Source of the DNA: Eubacteriales Family XIII. Incertae Sedis bacterium
GTDB taxonomy: Bacteria; Bacillota; Clostridia; Peptostreptococcales; Anaerovoracaceae
Reading direction: 5' to 3'
NCBI GenBank assembly: GCA_031257175.1
Contig: JAIRPE010000086.1
Location: forward strand, 1 to 56,354
DNA: 56,354 nt
The notes under the pieces are model-generated. The model had not been told where the DNA came from. It made no database searches and saw nothing but the letters and a program-made list of their open reading frames with translations. Of the stretch, positions 26,129 through 37,201 are shown in pieces (position 1 is the stretch's first letter; each line of letters starts with the position of its first letter). A program made the position numbers and the translations under genes.

Positions 26129-28207
26129 CTAAACCGCCTGGGCGGGCGCCCTCGCCTGTATCAAACCGATGGCCTGTATCTGTATGTTCGCGTCAATCTC
26201 GTTGAAAGAAAGTACTGTCAAATTTGGCACGAACTGGTCAATGAGCTTCTTGAAGTAGCCGCGCACTATGGGCGACGTGAGGATGACGGGCTGATGCACC
26301 AATTCCTTCACCCTGTTTATCTGGGCCGTCACGTCCTCCACTATAAGTTGAACCGTGTGCGGCTCCATGGCCAGGTACGAGCCGTGCTCGCTCTGTTTCA
26401 CGGAATTCAGCACGTTGTTCTCCACGTCCTGGTCCAGGGTCAGCACCTTTATGCAGGAGCCGTCGGTGTAGCGCCTGGTTATGGTGCGCTTCAGCTTCTG
26501 CCGCACGTACTCCGTGAGCATGTCCGTGTCCTTGATGGTCACGCCCTGGTCGCCCACCGTCTCCAGTATGCTCTCCATGTCCCTGATGGGGACTCCTTCC
26601 CGCAACAGGTTCATGAGTATCTTTTGCAGGTCGGAGACGCTGGCCACGTTCGGGACGACATCGTCCACGATGGCCTGGTTGGTCTTTTTCACCTTCTCCA
26701 AAAGCACGTTCACGTCCTGCCTGCTCACCAGCTCATGTATGTGCCGCTTGATTATCTCCGACATGTGGGTGACTATCACGGACAGGGCGTCGATAACAGT
26801 ATATCCGTAAACCTCCGCCATTTCCCGCTCGCTTTCCGTGATCCACTTGCCCGGTATCTCGTAGGCCGGCTCTATAGTGTCTATCCCCTCTATAGGCCCG
26901 GCCACGTTGCCAGGGTCCAGCGCCAGGTAGTAATCCACCAGCACCTCGCCCCTGGCGATTTCCTCCCCTTTGATTTTTATCAGGTACTGGTTCGGGTTTA
27001 TCAGCCCGTTGTCCCTGAGGCGCACGGTGGGCACCACCACGCCCATCTCCATGGCGAACTGCTTCCTGAAGATGACGATTCTGTCTATGAAGCTGCCGCC
27101 GCTGGCCTCATCCACCAATGGCAGCAGGGAGTAGCCGAATTCCATCTCTATGGGCTCGACTCCCAGGAGGTTGTACACATTGTCGATGTTCCTGTAGTAA
27201 TCCGCCTCCGAGGTCTTTTCCCCTATCAGCTCCTGCAACTCCGTTTTCTGCGCGGCCGCCGCCGCGGAGCGCTGGCTTCTCATGAGGCTTATTCCCATAA
27301 TGAGCAGGAGCAGCGCCACTATGCTTATCTGGGCGTGGGGCGAGCCCGGTATGAGGTTCATGCAGACGATGGCGACGCCCGCGAAGATGAGGACGCGCGG
27401 TTGGGAGACGAATTGCTTCTTCACGTCCTCGTTGAGGTTGCCCTCCGAGGCGGAGCGGGTGACAATCATGCCCGTGGCCGTGGAGACCATCAGGGCGGGC
27501 AACTGGCTCACCAGACCGTCCCCCACGGTGGCGATGGAATATATGCCCAGCACCTCCGTGAAGCTCATGCCGCCCTGAAGCATGCCGATGACCGTCCCCG
27601 CTATGAGGTTTATCATGGCTATGACGATGGCGGCTATGGCGTCGCCCTTGACCAGCTTCGTGGCGCCGTCCATGGCCCCGAAAAACTCCGACTCCCGCTG
27701 TATCTTCTCGCGCCGTTCCCGCGCCTCGTCCTCCGTGATGATGCCTGAGCTTAAGTCCGCGTCTATGGCCATTTGCTTGCCGGGCATGGCGTCCAGGGTG
27801 AATCGGGCCGACACTTCCGCGATGCGCTCCGCGCCCTTTGTGATGACGATGAACTGGACTACTATTATGATGAGGAACACGATGAAGCCCACCACCGCGT
27901 TGCCCCGCAGGACGAAGCTGCCGAAGGTCTCAATCACCTTGCCCGCCTGGCCTTTGTTGCCCAGTATCAGCCTGGTGGAGCTGATGTTCAGCGCCAGCCT
28001 GAGTATGGTGGTGATGAGCAGGAGCGAGGGGAAGATGGAGAACTCCAGCGGCCCGTTGATGTACATGGTCATGACCAGTATCATCAAGGCCACCGATATG
28101 CTGAGTATGAACATGAAGTCCAGGACGAAGGTGGGGAGCGGCATGATGATAAGCGCGATAATCCCTATGACGAACAGAGCTATGACGTTGTTCAGCAGAC
28201 TCTTCAT
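26129..28207 (-). CDS. flhA: flagellar type III export gate protein FlhA
   Basis: Start at MKSLLNN (ATG 28207). FPSLLLITTILRLALNISSTRLIL, FVLRGN..VG, the FHIPEP-type region, and the large cytoplasmic C-terminal domain. Confidence 0.93.
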   Translation of the reverse strand: MKSLLNNVIALFVIGIIALIIMPLPTFVLDFMFILSISVALMILVMTMYINGPLEFSIFPSLLLITTILRLALNISSTRLILGNKGQAGKVIETFGSFVLRGNAVVGFIVFLIIIVVQFIVITKGAERIAEVSARFTLDAMPGKQMAIDADLSSGIITEDEARERREKIQRESEFFGAMDGATKLVKGDAIAAIVIAMINLIAGTVIGMLQGGMSFTEVLGIYSIATVGDGLVSQLPALMVSTATGMIVTRSASEGNLNEDVKKQFVSQPRVLIFAGVAIVCMNLIPGSPHAQISIVALLLLIMGISLMRSQRSAAAAAQKTELQELIGEKTSEADYYRNIDNVYNLLGVEPIEMEFGYSLLPLVDEASGGSFIDRIVIFRKQFAMEMGVVVPTVRLRDNGLINPNQYLIKIKGEEIARGEVLVDYYLALDPGNVAGPIEGIDTIEPAYEIPGKWITESEREMAEVYGYTVIDALSVIVTHMSEIIKRHIHELVSRQDVNVLLEKVKKTNQAIVDDVVPNVASVSDLQKILMNLLREGVPIRDMESILETVGDQGVTIKDTDMLTEYVRQKLKRTITRRYTDGSCIKVLTLDQDVENNVLNSVKQSEHGSYLAMEPHTVQLIVEDVTAQINRVKELVHQPVILTSPIVRGYFKKLIDQFVPNLTVLSFNEIDANIQIQAIGLIQARAPAQAV

Positions 28208-28398
28208 CCCAAATCCCTTTTTCCGGCGGCGCCCCCGCGCCCGCCGAACCCCTGCGTAACCGGGCAGGCGCCTCCCCCTGGCCGCCCCGCCCACTAAATT
28301 CGACTGTTTGCGCTAACTATACGGGTTTTATAGTCGAATATCAACTTATAATCGCACATTCGCCAGCATTTTAGCCTCGCAAACATCATTTCCAGTCT

Positions 28399-28427
28399 AT
28401 TTTATCATAATTGCTGTAGTTCTACAA
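28399..28427 (-). promoter_or_regulatory. candidate extended -10 sigma-A promoter of the flhA-fliA-rod-fapA-pilZ operon
   Basis: Minus strand: TTGTAG (28427-28422), 17-nt spacer, TAAAAT (28404-28399), within ATGATAAAAT. The same 10-mer occurs at the fliP promoter. Confidence 0.4.
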
Positions 28428-28459
28428 GTGATTGTTGCAAAAAAAAATTAAATTATGGG

Positions 28460-28497
28460 AAAAAATAGAAGCCAACATGGTCTCGCCGTGTTGGCTT
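28460..28497 (-). terminator. rho-independent terminator of hisS
   Basis: Minus strand: AAGCCAACA-cggcgagacca-TGTTGGCTT, then cta, then TTTTTT. About 58 nt after the hisS stop. Confidence 0.75.
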
Positions 28498-28554
28498 GAT
28501 AAAAAAAATAATTTTATGCTATTTGTTTGCCTGTATCAAATCGATTCCGTCCTG

Positions 28555-29829
28555 CTACCTCAAAACCACTGCCCCTTCCAGCGCCTCCTCAACCGCCTCC
28601 CCCAAGGAGACCCGCCTCTGCTCCCCGGTGGCCATGTCCTTCATCGTCGCCATCCCCTCAGCCAGCTCATCCTCGCCTATGATGAAAACCCGCCGCGCTC
28701 CCAGCCTGTCGGCCTGCTTCAGCTGGCCCTTGATATTCCTGCCCAGCCCGTCCGTCTCGGCGCGAAGCCCCTTGGCCCGCAACTTCCCCAAAAGCCCCAG
28801 CGCCGCCGCCTTCGCCGCCGCCCCCATATAAGCCACGAAAACCTCCGTGCCGACAGGTTCGGGCATATCCACGCCGTCCGCCTCCATCAAAAGCAACAGC
28901 CTCTCTATCCCCAGGCCGAAGCCCACACCGGGCACGGCCGGCCCGCCCAGTTCCTCTATCAAGTGGTCGTATCTGCCGCCCCCGCACACAGTCCCCTGGG
29001 CGCCGATGCTTTCGGAGACGAACTCGAACGCGGTCTTGGTGTAATAGTCCAGCCCCCGCACTATGCCGGGATCCACCTCGTATGCCACCCCCAACGCCTC
29101 CAGGTTCGCCCTCAGCGCCGCGAAGTCCGACGCGCACCCCTCGCAGACGTTGTCCAGCATCAAAGGCGCCCCCTCCGCCAGCCTTCGGCATTCAGGGGAC
29201 TTGCAGTCCAAAATGCGCATGGGGTTGTTCTCAAAACGGGTCTTGCACGTGTCGCAAAACCCTTCCAGCCTCGGCCTCAAGAAATCCTGCAGCTTTGTCC
29301 TGTAGCCGGGCCGGCACTCAGGGCAACCGATGCTGTTCACCCGCAGGCTCAGGCCCCTCACCCCCAGCTGGCCCAGAAAATCCGCGCCCAAGGCGATGAC
29401 CTCCGCGTCGGCCACCATGTCGCCCGTCCCAAAGACCTCCACCCCGAACTGATGGAACTCCCTAAGCCGCCCCGACTGGGGCTGCTCGTAGCGGAAACAG
29501 GCGATCTCATAAAAATACTTCGAGGGCTGGGCCTCCGCGTGCAGCTTGTGTTCCACGAACGCCCTGGCGACGGACGCGGTGCCCTCGGGCCTGAGCGTCA
29601 GGCTGCGCCCCGCGTAATCGTCGAAGGTGTACATCTGCTTCTGCACGATGTCCGTCGTGCCGCCCACGCCGCGCTTGAACAGCTCCGTATGCTCAAAAAC
29701 AGGCGTCCTTATCTCCCGAAACCCGTAACGCCCGCAAACTTCCTTAAAAATCCTCTCGACATAGTCCCACTTGTGCATCTGGTTTGGCAATATGTCCTTC
29801 GTCCCTTTAGCCGCCTTAGTCAGCATCAT
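28555..29829 (-). CDS. hisS: histidine--tRNA ligase
   Basis: KGTKDILP, class II motifs (FREIRTPVFE, YTFDDYAGRSLTLRPEGTASVARA, FHQFGVE, GGGRYD) and a C-terminal anticodon-binding domain. AAGGAG RBS. The start may be the second ATG (29826). Confidence 0.93.
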   Translation of the reverse strand: MMLTKAAKGTKDILPNQMHKWDYVERIFKEVCGRYGFREIRTPVFEHTELFKRGVGGTTDIVQKQMYTFDDYAGRSLTLRPEGTASVARAFVEHKLHAEAQPSKYFYEIACFRYEQPQSGRLREFHQFGVEVFGTGDMVADAEVIALGADFLGQLGVRGLSLRVNSIGCPECRPGYRTKLQDFLRPRLEGFCDTCKTRFENNPMRILDCKSPECRRLAEGAPLMLDNVCEGCASDFAALRANLEALGVAYEVDPGIVRGLDYYTKTAFEFVSESIGAQGTVCGGGRYDHLIEELGGPAVPGVGFGLGIERLLLLMEADGVDMPEPVGTEVFVAYMGAAAKAAALGLLGKLRAKGLRAETDGLGRNIKGQLKQADRLGARRVFIIGEDELAEGMATMKDMATGEQRRVSLGEAVEEALEGAVVLR

Positions 29830-29858
29830 GTCTCCTTATAGTAATCCGCTCCGCGCCC

Positions 29859-31259
29859 TCAGCCGAACAGCCTGCCGCGCTTCCTGTCCAACATCTCCTC
29901 AATGCGCCCTATGTACTCCTCATAGTTGGACACGTTGAAAATCCGCTCCAGCCTGCCCTCCTCGGGATAAAAAACCTTCGTGGAGGCGCCGGCGCCCAGG
30001 GCTACGATGGTCTGGTTCTCCTCCATAATGCGCACGTTGTACAGGCAAACCCGCCCGTCCCTGGCGTACCCCACGTTCTCAAGATTGCCCGCCATCTGCT
30101 TCTGCCTATACAGATAGTAGGGCTTGTAGCCCGCCCCTGCCAAACTCTCCCGCGCCGCGGCCATCATCCCGCGAGCCGCCTCGCCCCTGCCGTAGTGGTA
30201 TTCCGCGTCCTGCTCCGCCAGCCGCGCCGCCCTCTTCAACGCCAACGCGTGTACCGTCACGTTTTCGGGCGCCAGCGCCAGTATCCCGTCCATAGTGCCG
30301 CGAAAATCCTCCAGAGTCTCCTCGGGAAGGCCCGCTATGACGTCTGAGTTCACCGTCTCCACGCCCTCATCCCTGGCCAGCGCGAACGCCCGTTCCACGT
30401 CCTCCCTGCTATGGGCGCGGCCAATGCGCCGCAAGGCGGCGTCGTTCATGGACTGGGGATTCACGCTCAACCGCCCCGCCCCATGGCTCTTCATGGCGCG
30501 CAGCTTCTCCCTGTCGATAGTGTCGGGGCGCCCGGCCTCCACAGTGAACTCCCTGAGCTTAGGCGAGGCGAACAGCGTTCCCAGCAAATCCAGCAAATAG
30601 GCGAAATCCCGCCCGTTCAGCGTGGTGGGGGTGCCTCCCCCCAGATAAAGGCTCTCCGCGCTCAGACCGCAACCAGCCATGCCGGCTGCCACGAACCGCG
30701 CCTCCCTTTCCAGCGCCGCCAGATAAGGGGCTATCTTATCATATTTTACCTGATTCGAGGGGAAAGAACAATACTCGCAGCGAGTGGGGCAGAACGGGAT
30801 CCCGACATAAACCCCCACCGTCCCCGGCTCAGGCGCGGGCGCCCGTTCCCGCTGTAACAGGTAAATCTCCCTCAACAGGCTGATTTTGCTGTCGGACAGA
30901 TAATAATCCCTTTTCAGCGCCGTCTCCGCGCCCTCCGCGCCCCCGCCCCGTCGGGACAGCTCCCCGAAAAGCTTCACGGGGCGCACCCCCGTCAATATCC
31001 CCCACTCGGGCGGATTCAGAACCGAGTCCCGCAAAAAATCAAAAATATCGCGTTTCACCGCGTTTTTGTCAACAACGCCCCCGGCCCCGTCCGCCATCAC
31101 CTCAGGCAACGCCCACAAGCGCCGCCCGCCGCCCGCGGCCGCATGGCCTGTCGGCCCGTCGGCAGATAAAACCGCGAACTCGGAAGGGCGCAGGAACATC
31201 TTTATCAGCTCCACATATTCATTTACATTGGGCAAGCCCTTGAAATCAAATACGAACAT
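29859..31259 (-). CDS. hemZ: radical SAM protein, HemN/HemZ-like coproporphyrinogen dehydrogenase family
   Basis: CxxxCxxC cluster motif (GIPFCPTRCEYCSF), GGGTPT, and an N-terminal extension typical of HemZ. Confidence 0.7.
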   Translation of the reverse strand: MFVFDFKGLPNVNEYVELIKMFLRPSEFAVLSADGPTGHAAAGGGRRLWALPEVMADGAGGVVDKNAVKRDIFDFLRDSVLNPPEWGILTGVRPVKLFGELSRRGGGAEGAETALKRDYYLSDSKISLLREIYLLQRERAPAPEPGTVGVYVGIPFCPTRCEYCSFPSNQVKYDKIAPYLAALEREARFVAAGMAGCGLSAESLYLGGGTPTTLNGRDFAYLLDLLGTLFASPKLREFTVEAGRPDTIDREKLRAMKSHGAGRLSVNPQSMNDAALRRIGRAHSREDVERAFALARDEGVETVNSDVIAGLPEETLEDFRGTMDGILALAPENVTVHALALKRAARLAEQDAEYHYGRGEAARGMMAAARESLAGAGYKPYYLYRQKQMAGNLENVGYARDGRVCLYNVRIMEENQTIVALGAGASTKVFYPEEGRLERIFNVSNYEEYIGRIEEMLDRKRGRLFG

Positions 31260-31283
31260 TCGCGCTCAAACCGACCCCCGCCC

Positions 31284-31901
31284 CTACAAAAACGGGTTGT
31301 GCCCCCGCTCGAACCCTATAGTGCTGGCCTCCATGTGCCCAGGATAAACCCGCGTCCCGTCAGGCAGCGGCAACAGCTTGTCTTTGATGGAGGATATCAG
31401 CGTCTCGAAAGAGCCGCCGGGGAAATCCGTCCTGCCGATAGACGCGCGGAACAACGTGTCGCCGCTGAACAGCGCGTCCCCCGCCAACACGCATATGCCG
31501 CCGGGCGTGTGCCCTGGCGTGGCTATGATTTTCAGCGGCAAATCCCCGCACTCCAGCTCATCCCCGTCGTTCACCCACACGTCCGCTTCCAGCGATATAT
31601 TCCTGCCGAATATGGCCCCCGTGAGGTTGTGGCTAGGGTTCGCCAAAATCTCCTTCTCGTCAGCCCCCGCCACCAGCAGGCAGCCCTCGAACTCCTTAAG
31701 ATACCTCTCCACGGCCCCTATATGGTCTCCGTGCCCATGGGTCAGGATGAGCCACTTCACCGTCAGTCCCTCATCCTTCACCTTGCGCGGCAGCCTCGGG
31801 CTGTACTCCCCCGCGTCGATAATCGCCGCCGTCTTGTCGCCGCCTGCCACCAAATAGCAGTTCGTACCCATCGCACCTTCAGAAAAAACCCAGATATTCA
31901 T
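31284..31901 (-). CDS. MBL-fold metallo-hydrolase (glyoxalase II-like)
   Basis: THGHGDHIG (HxHxDH) motif, later TPGHTPG and D..F.G.IGRTDFPGGS. Confidence 0.85.
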   Translation of the reverse strand: MNIWVFSEGAMGTNCYLVAGGDKTAAIIDAGEYSPRLPRKVKDEGLTVKWLILTHGHGDHIGAVERYLKEFEGCLLVAGADEKEILANPSHNLTGAIFGRNISLEADVWVNDGDELECGDLPLKIIATPGHTPGGICVLAGDALFSGDTLFRASIGRTDFPGGSFETLISSIKDKLLPLPDGTRVYPGHMEASTIGFERGHNPFL

Positions 31902-34733
31902 CTATTTCCCTCCATAGCCGTCATCCTCGTCCTCGCCGTACATGCCCTTCAGCCGCTCCAGCTCCGCGTCGCCCATCAGCACCGCCCTGGGCCGCGAGCC
32001 GTCCGCGGGGCCGACTATCCCCCTCGCCTCCATCATCTCCACCAACCTGGCGGCGCGGTTGTACCCTATGCGGAAACGCCGCTGCAGCATGGACGCGGAC
32101 GCCTGCTTCGCCGCCACCACGGTCTCTATGGCCTCAGGCAGCAAATCGTCCGAATCGGAATCCTCCGCCGCCTCCCCTCCCCCGCTCTCAATAGTGTTCA
32201 GCACGTCCTCGGAATAATCCGACGACATCTGCTTCCTGACATAATCCAAAACCCCGTTCACCTCCGCGTCCGAGACGAAAGCCCCCTGAATGCGCAAAGG
32301 CTTCGCCCTCCCCAGAGGGTTGAACAGCATGTCCCCGCTGCCCATCAGATGCTCTGCCCCCGACATGTCCAGTATGGTTCTGGAATCCACCTGGGACGAG
32401 ACCGCGAACGCGACGCGCGACGGTATGTTGGCCTTGATAACCCCGGTGATGACGTCCACCGAGGGCCTCTGGGTGGCGACTATGAGGTGCATCCCCGCCG
32501 CCCTGGCCATCTGGGCCAGCCTGCATATGGACTCCTCCACCTTCGCGGGCGCCACCATCATCAAATCCGCCAACTCGTCTATGATTATCACCACCTGGGG
32601 CATGACCAGCTCATCCTCGCCGCGGTTCCTGACCTTCCTGTTATAGGCGGCCAAATCCCTGACCCCTTCCAGCCCGAACTTGTCATATCGGTCCTTCATC
32701 TCAGCCACCGCCCAATTCAAAGCCGAGGCGGCCTTCCCGGGCTCCGTGACCACAGGTATCAGCAGATGTGGGATGCCGTTGTAATTGCCCAATTCCACCA
32801 CCTTGGGGTCTATCAGCACCAGCTTCACCTCGTCGGGCCTGGACTTGAACAGCAGGCTCATGATAATCCCGTTTATGCACACGCTTTTGCCCGAGCCGGT
32901 GGAGCCCGCGATAAGCAGATGGGGCATGGTTTTCAAATCCGCCGTGACGCGCTTCCCCGCTATGTCCATGCCCACCGCGAAGGTTATCTTGGACTCGGAA
33001 TCGCGAAACTCGGGCGAATCGATGATATCCCGAAGGGACACCAAGTCAATCCTGTCGTTGGCCACCTCGATGCCCACCGCCGCCTTGCCGGGGATAGGCG
33101 CCTCGATGCGGATGCTCTTGGCCTCCAGATTCAGCGCGATGTCGTTCTCCAGCTGCTTTATGCTCTTGACCTTCACCCCCACGCCGGGCTGTATCTCGTA
33201 CCTGGTGACGGCGGGGCCCACCACCACCCGCATTACCTTGGCCTCCACGTTAAAACTCTCCAAGGTTTTCTCCAGCTTCGCCGCCATTATCTTGGGGCTA
33301 GCCAACCCTTCGGGCCCCCGTCGGGCAGGCGCCTTCTTCAGCAGGCTGACAGGGGGCAATCTGTAATTCGCCAGCTTAAGAGCCTCGCCGCCAAGCGCGA
33401 TCTGCTCGCCTTCAGCGAATTCCTCCCCCGGTTCCCCCGCCTCCGCAGGCTCACCCGCCTCCGCGTCCGCCGCTCGGGGACTGCCGTCACCGCCGCCGAC
33501 GTCGGCTATTCTGGCCCGCCTGGCCGCAGCCGCCGCGTCCTCCGAGAACAAACCTGTCTCTTCAGGGACGTCCCCGCCCAAAGCGCGCGCGCCCGCGCCA
33601 ATCCCCCACAAAGACGCGTCGGAGGCCGTTCCCGCCGCGCCGATCCCCATGACCCCCGCAGCGGCGGCAATGCCGACGTCATGCCCCCCGTCCAGGCCCA
33701 AGCCGGAGACAGGCCCCTCCGACGGTTCCAGCCCCAGCCCGGGCGCCCTCGCCTCAGGCGGCTCCAACCCGAACCCGCCGCCGTCCGTGGCGGGGCTCGC
33801 CAGCCCGTAGCCCTCCGACGCCTCCTCGGCCCGCTCCACGCCGCGCTCCTGCCCGTCGCCGCCCTTTCCGAACAAGCTGTCGTCCTTCATGTAGCCTATG
33901 ACGCGCCGCTCCCGCAAAAAACTAAGAAGCCCGGAATTCTGCCGCTTAGGCGCCGCCTCATCCGACGGCTTGCGGACGTCCGCGGCGTCCCCCGCGTCCG
34001 AATGGACGTAATCCGCCTCGAAAGGCGGCTCGTCGAAATCCTCATCATCTTCCTCAAACTCGGCGAGCCTCGCCTCCCGCCTGGCCCGCGCCGCCTCCCC
34101 GCGCCTTTGGAACCAGCCCGCCACGCCCCCGAAAATCCTGACCAAAGACGTGTCCACCAGCAACAGCGCGCTTATCACGGCGCCCGCGAAAGAGAAAATA
34201 TAAAGACCGGGCTTCCCGACCAGCTTGACCAGCCCCCAGCCCGCCAGCATGCCCACCAGCCCGCCGTTGCCGCCGGCCGCGCCCGCCTTGAAAAGCGACG
34301 AGACTCCGGGGAACTCCGCGCCCGCGGCGATAAAACGCCCCGAATTAATCATCAGTATGAAAAAAAACACCAGCGCGGTGAGCGCGGCCAGCCTCAGGGC
34401 GCTGTAGCTGAGTTTCCTGACAATGCGCATGGCCGAGTAGACTATCAAAAAATAAGGCAACAAATAAGCCGCCCCGCCGAACAGCCCCATCAACGCCGTC
34501 TTGAAGAAACCGCCCAGCTTCCCCGCCGCTTCCGTCTGGAGCGCCACTATCAGAAAAGCCCCGAAGGCGAAAGCCGCGATAGACCAAGCCTCCTCCCGCA
34601 AAAAACCCTGCTTCTCCGCATTGGCCCGTCCCGACCGCGCCGTTCGGCCCGCCCCGCGCCTCGCGCCGCCCGCGGCGCCCTTCTTCGTGGCGCGCTTCTC
34701 CCTTTTTCCCGTCGCTTCCCCCGGCATCATCAC
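31902..34733 (-). CDS. ftsK: DNA translocase FtsK/SpoIIIE
   Basis: N-terminal TM segments, a long Gly/Ala/Pro/Glu-rich linker, a motor domain with Walker A (AGSTGSGKS) and Walker B ([10 protein letters not shown]), and a C-terminal gamma winged-helix ([20 protein letters not shown]). Confidence 0.92.
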   Translation of the reverse strand: MMMPGEATGKREKRATKKGAAGGARRGAGRTARSGRANAEKQGFLREEAWSIAAFAFGAFLIVALQTEAAGKLGGFFKTALMGLFGGAAYLLPYFLIVYSAMRIVRKLSYSALRLAALTALVFFFILMINSGRFIAAGAEFPGVSSLFKAGAAGGNGGLVGMLAGWGLVKLVGKPGLYIFSFAGAVISALLLVDTSLVRIFGGVAGWFQRRGEAARARREARLAEFEEDDEDFDEPPFEADYVHSDAGDAADVRKPSDEAAPKRQNSGLLSFLRERRVIGYMKDDSLFGKGGDGQERGVERAEEASEGYGLASPATDGGGFGLEPPEARAPGLGLEPSEGPVSGLGLDGGHDVGIAAAAGVMGIGAAGTASDASLWGIGAGARALGGDVPEETGLFSEDAAAAARRARIADVGGGDGSPRAADAEAGEPAEAGEPGEEFAEGEQIALGGEALKLANYRLPPVSLLKKAPARRGPEGLASPKIMAAKLEKTLESFNVEAKVMRVVVGPAVTRYEIQPGVGVKVKSIKQLENDIALNLEAKSIRIEAPIPGKAAVGIEVANDRIDLVSLRDIIDSPEFRDSESKITFAVGMDIAGKRVTADLKTMPHLLIAGSTGSGKSVCINGIIMSLLFKSRPDEVKLVLIDPKVVELGNYNGIPHLLIPVVTEPGKAASALNWAVAEMKDRYDKFGLEGVRDLAAYNRKVRNRGEDELVMPQVVIIIDELADLMMVAPAKVEESICRLAQMARAAGMHLIVATQRPSVDVITGVIKANIPSRVAFAVSSQVDSRTILDMSGAEHLMGSGDMLFNPLGRAKPLRIQGAFVSDAEVNGVLDYVRKQMSSDYSEDVLNTIESGGGEAAEDSDSDDLLPEAIETVVAAKQASASMLQRRFRIGYNRAARLVEMMEARGIVGPADGSRPRAVLMGDAELERLKGMYGEDEDDGYGGK

Positions 34734-34737
34734 TCTC

Positions 34738-35571
34738 CTATAAAAACAGCGAATAGACGAACGCCGCCGCCCCGACCGCCCACGTGTAAATGGAAAAAAG
34801 ATACAGCTTGCCGTCGGAAACCACCCGAATCATGGTTTTGATGGCGACGAACCCCGAGACGGCCGCGACGACCATGCCCAGCGCCACGGGAGCCGCGTCG
34901 GCCCCGGCCAGCCCCTCACCGAAAGCGTCCTTCGCCTCCAGGACGAAAGCGCCCAAAACCGTGGGAATGGAAATGAGGAAAGCGAAATTCACGGCGAATT
35001 TCCTGTCCAACCCCGAAAGCAAACTCCCCACTATGGTGGAGCCCGAACGCGAGACTCCGGGGCACAGTGCCACGGCCTGCATCAGCCCCACGAACAGAGC
35101 GTTCGAAAACTTCATCTCCCAAACGCCCTTGCCGCCCGAGCGGAACCTTTCGGTCAGGAACATCATGGTTCCCGTAAGTATCAGGCCGACGCCTATGGCC
35201 ATGATGCTTCCGTACAGGCTGGAGAACACGCTCTTCAAAACCAGCCCGACCGCCGCTGTCGGAACCGTGGCGGCCAAAATCAGCAGGCCCAGCCTGCGGG
35301 TCTCGTTCTTGTTCGGCCTCACGCCCTTGCCCGTGAAAATATCCTTGATCAAATCCAAAAGCTCCACCAGAAGCTTCAGCACGTCTTTCCCGTAAACCGC
35401 CAATATGGACAGCAGCGTGCCCCCGTGCAGCAACACCGCGAACATCAGCACCTTATTCTCGTCAATACCGAAAAAATGCTCAAGCAGCGCCAAATGGCCC
35501 GAACTGCTGATGGGCAGAAACTCCGAAAGCCCCTGCGCCAATCCCAAAACCACCGATTCAAATACGCCCAT
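34738..35571 (-). CDS. uppP: undecaprenyl-diphosphate phosphatase UppP (BacA)
   Basis: [19 protein letters not shown] and [10 protein letters not shown] motifs. 277-aa polytopic protein. Confidence 0.92.
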   Translation of the reverse strand: MGVFESVVLGLAQGLSEFLPISSSGHLALLEHFFGIDENKVLMFAVLLHGGTLLSILAVYGKDVLKLLVELLDLIKDIFTGKGVRPNKNETRRLGLLILAATVPTAAVGLVLKSVFSSLYGSIMAIGVGLILTGTMMFLTERFRSGGKGVWEMKFSNALFVGLMQAVALCPGVSRSGSTIVGSLLSGLDRKFAVNFAFLISIPTVLGAFVLEAKDAFGEGLAGADAAPVALGMVVAAVSGFVAIKTMIRVVSDGKLYLFSIYTWAVGAAAFVYSLFL

Positions 35572-35689
35572 CCCGCCTCCTTAAATGCCACAGACGCCGT
35601 CGTCCCGCGTCGGCCGCCAAGGCGCCGAGCCGCAACGCCTTGGCCCGAATTAATTATACCATAACGCGAAGCATTGAAGAAGCCTTTTT

Positions 35690-35860
35690 GACCCTGTTCG
35701 TTCTCCATACGAAGAGCAGGGTCGCGCTGACCTTGGGCGCGGAGGAAAAATTCTCCGAAACGGCGAATGTCCAGTCCATTGGCGCGGCGATTGAAAACAT
35801 GATATTGGCCGCGCCGGAATATGGTTTAGAAGTCTGTGGATATGCGATATTTATTTCGCT
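35690..35860 (+). pseudogene. possible remnant of a nitroreductase-family gene
   Basis: The frame of ORF 35640-36068 reads ...NVQSIGAAIENMILAAPEYGLEVCG..., resembling the C-terminal core of nitroreductases. The N-terminal two thirds, a credible start and an RBS are all missing. Lies at the GC-content break. Confidence 0.25.
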
Positions 35861-35949
35861 TAGATTCTTTACCTATTCCCATTTAAATGATATAATGACC
35901 GAGGAACAAACGTATAGCGTAAAAAATAGTGGAACCGGAGATGAAAAAT

Positions 35950-37140
35950 ATGTACAAGATAGCTACCCTAAACAAAATCGCGGATGTAGGCATGGAAAGA
36001 CTGACCGACAATTTCGAAATCACTCAGGAAATCACCCAGGCACATGGCATTCTGGTCAGAAGCTATGACATGAACGCCATGCCATTATCCTCAAAATTGC
36101 TTGCCATAGCTAGAGCCGGAGCGGGAGTCAACAATATCCCTCTGAAAAAGTGCGCCGAATCGGGGATCGTCGTATTCAACACCCCAGGGGCCAATGCTAA
36201 CGCCGTTAAAGAACTGGTGCTTACAGGGCTCTTGATGAGCGCACGGAATTTGACCAACGCCATAGCCTGGACAAAAACATTGACGGAAGATGTTTCCGTC
36301 GTGGTGGAAAAAAACAAATCGCGATTTGCGGGCGAAGAAATCAAGGGAAAGACTCTAGGCGTGATAGGTCTTGGATTCATCGGCGTTCTAGTCGCCAATG
36401 CGGCGGAACTCCTGGGCATGAGAGTAATGGGCTACGATCCTTATATTTCTGTGCCTAGCGCGCACGAACTGTCTAGTTCTGTCAGCATTTTCGACTCTCT
36501 GGACGATATGCTCCCAAAATGCGACTACATAACCATCCACGTGCCGTACATGGAGGGCACTAAAGGATTGTTGAACGAGAGCAAATTCGCGATGATGAAG
36601 GATGACGTGGTGATATTGAATTTTTCAAGAGACAAGATAGTAAAAGACACGGATGTCTTGAACGCTATCAAAAATGAAAAAGTCCGAACATATGTGACAG
36701 ATTTCCCGACAGCTCAGCTTATCAACGAGGAACGCGTTATCTGCATACCCCACTTGGGCGCGTCTACCAAAGAATCCGAAGACAATTGCGCTATAATGGC
36801 CGTAGACGAGATTATGGACTACCTTGAGAGCGGGAATATCACGCACTCTGTAAATTTCCCAAAATGCGATATGGGCAAACTGATTTCTCCCTCGAGAGTG
36901 TGCATCCTGCATAAAAACATTCCGTCAATGTTGCAGATTATTACAGGTGTTTTCGGAAACCTCGACATAAACATAAGCGACTTGTTGAACCATAGCAAGG
37001 ATGAGTACGCGTACACCATGTTGGATATAGACTCCAAAGTGGACGAAGATTCTCTGAAAGTAGCCTTACGCTCCACAAACGGCATTATTTCGACTAGAGT
37101 TTTGCACTGCCGTCATATCGTATCCCCGTCCTGCGCATGA
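35950..37140 (+). CDS. serA: D-3-phosphoglycerate dehydrogenase (2-hydroxyacid dehydrogenase with C-terminal ACT-like domain)
   Basis: Start at MYKIATLNK (ATG 35950), about 10 nt after GGAG. ARAGAGVNNIP, NTPGANANAVKEL, NAD loop GVIGLGFIGVLVA, catalytic HLGAST. Noticeably lower GC than the flanking genes. Confidence 0.85.
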   Translation: MYKIATLNKIADVGMERLTDNFEITQEITQAHGILVRSYDMNAMPLSSKLLAIARAGAGVNNIPLKKCAESGIVVFNTPGANANAVKELVLTGLLMSARNLTNAIAWTKTLTEDVSVVVEKNKSRFAGEEIKGKTLGVIGLGFIGVLVANAAELLGMRVMGYDPYISVPSAHELSSSVSIFDSLDDMLPKCDYITIHVPYMEGTKGLLNESKFAMMKDDVVILNFSRDKIVKDTDVLNAIKNEKVRTYVTDFPTAQLINEERVICIPHLGASTKESEDNCAIMAVDEIMDYLESGNITHSVNFPKCDMGKLISPSRVCILHKNIPSMLQIITGVFGNLDINISDLLNHSKDEYAYTMLDIDSKVDEDSLKVALRSTNGIISTRVLHCRHIVSPSCA

Positions 37141-37146
37141 GCGGGC

Positions 37147-37201
37147 AAAAAACGACTTCCCCTGTCCGCTGGGAGTCAATGTCTCTAACGCGAGACAGGG
37201 G
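37147..37201. terminator. hairpin region between convergent serA and rdgB (candidate terminator, best on the minus strand)
   Basis: CCCCTGTC (37159-37166) pairs with GACAGGGG (37194-37201). An alternative inner hairpin is GTCTC/GAGAC. On the minus strand the structure is followed, 6 nt later, by T6 (plus-strand A-run 37147-37152). Confidence 0.4.

Noticed and set aside
31299-34841. 1180-aa uninterrupted ORF on the plus strand spanning the MBL hydrolase, ftsK and uppP loci
   Set aside because: It is antisense to three well-supported genes (Walker A/B FtsK motor, HxHxDH hydrolase). The translation is extremely Arg/Pro/His/Gln-rich and low-complexity. The absence of stops in the antisense frame is expected at this GC content.
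35652-35680. The AATTATACC...TTGAAGA motif shared with 39698-39722, considered as att-like direct repeats bounding the low-GC block
   Set aside because: Only two short blocks match, with different internal spacing (13 versus 9 nt). The right copy coincides with a TATAAT-like element on the other strand, and there is no integrase. This is too weak to call a mobile element, so it is mentioned only as context in the composition finding.
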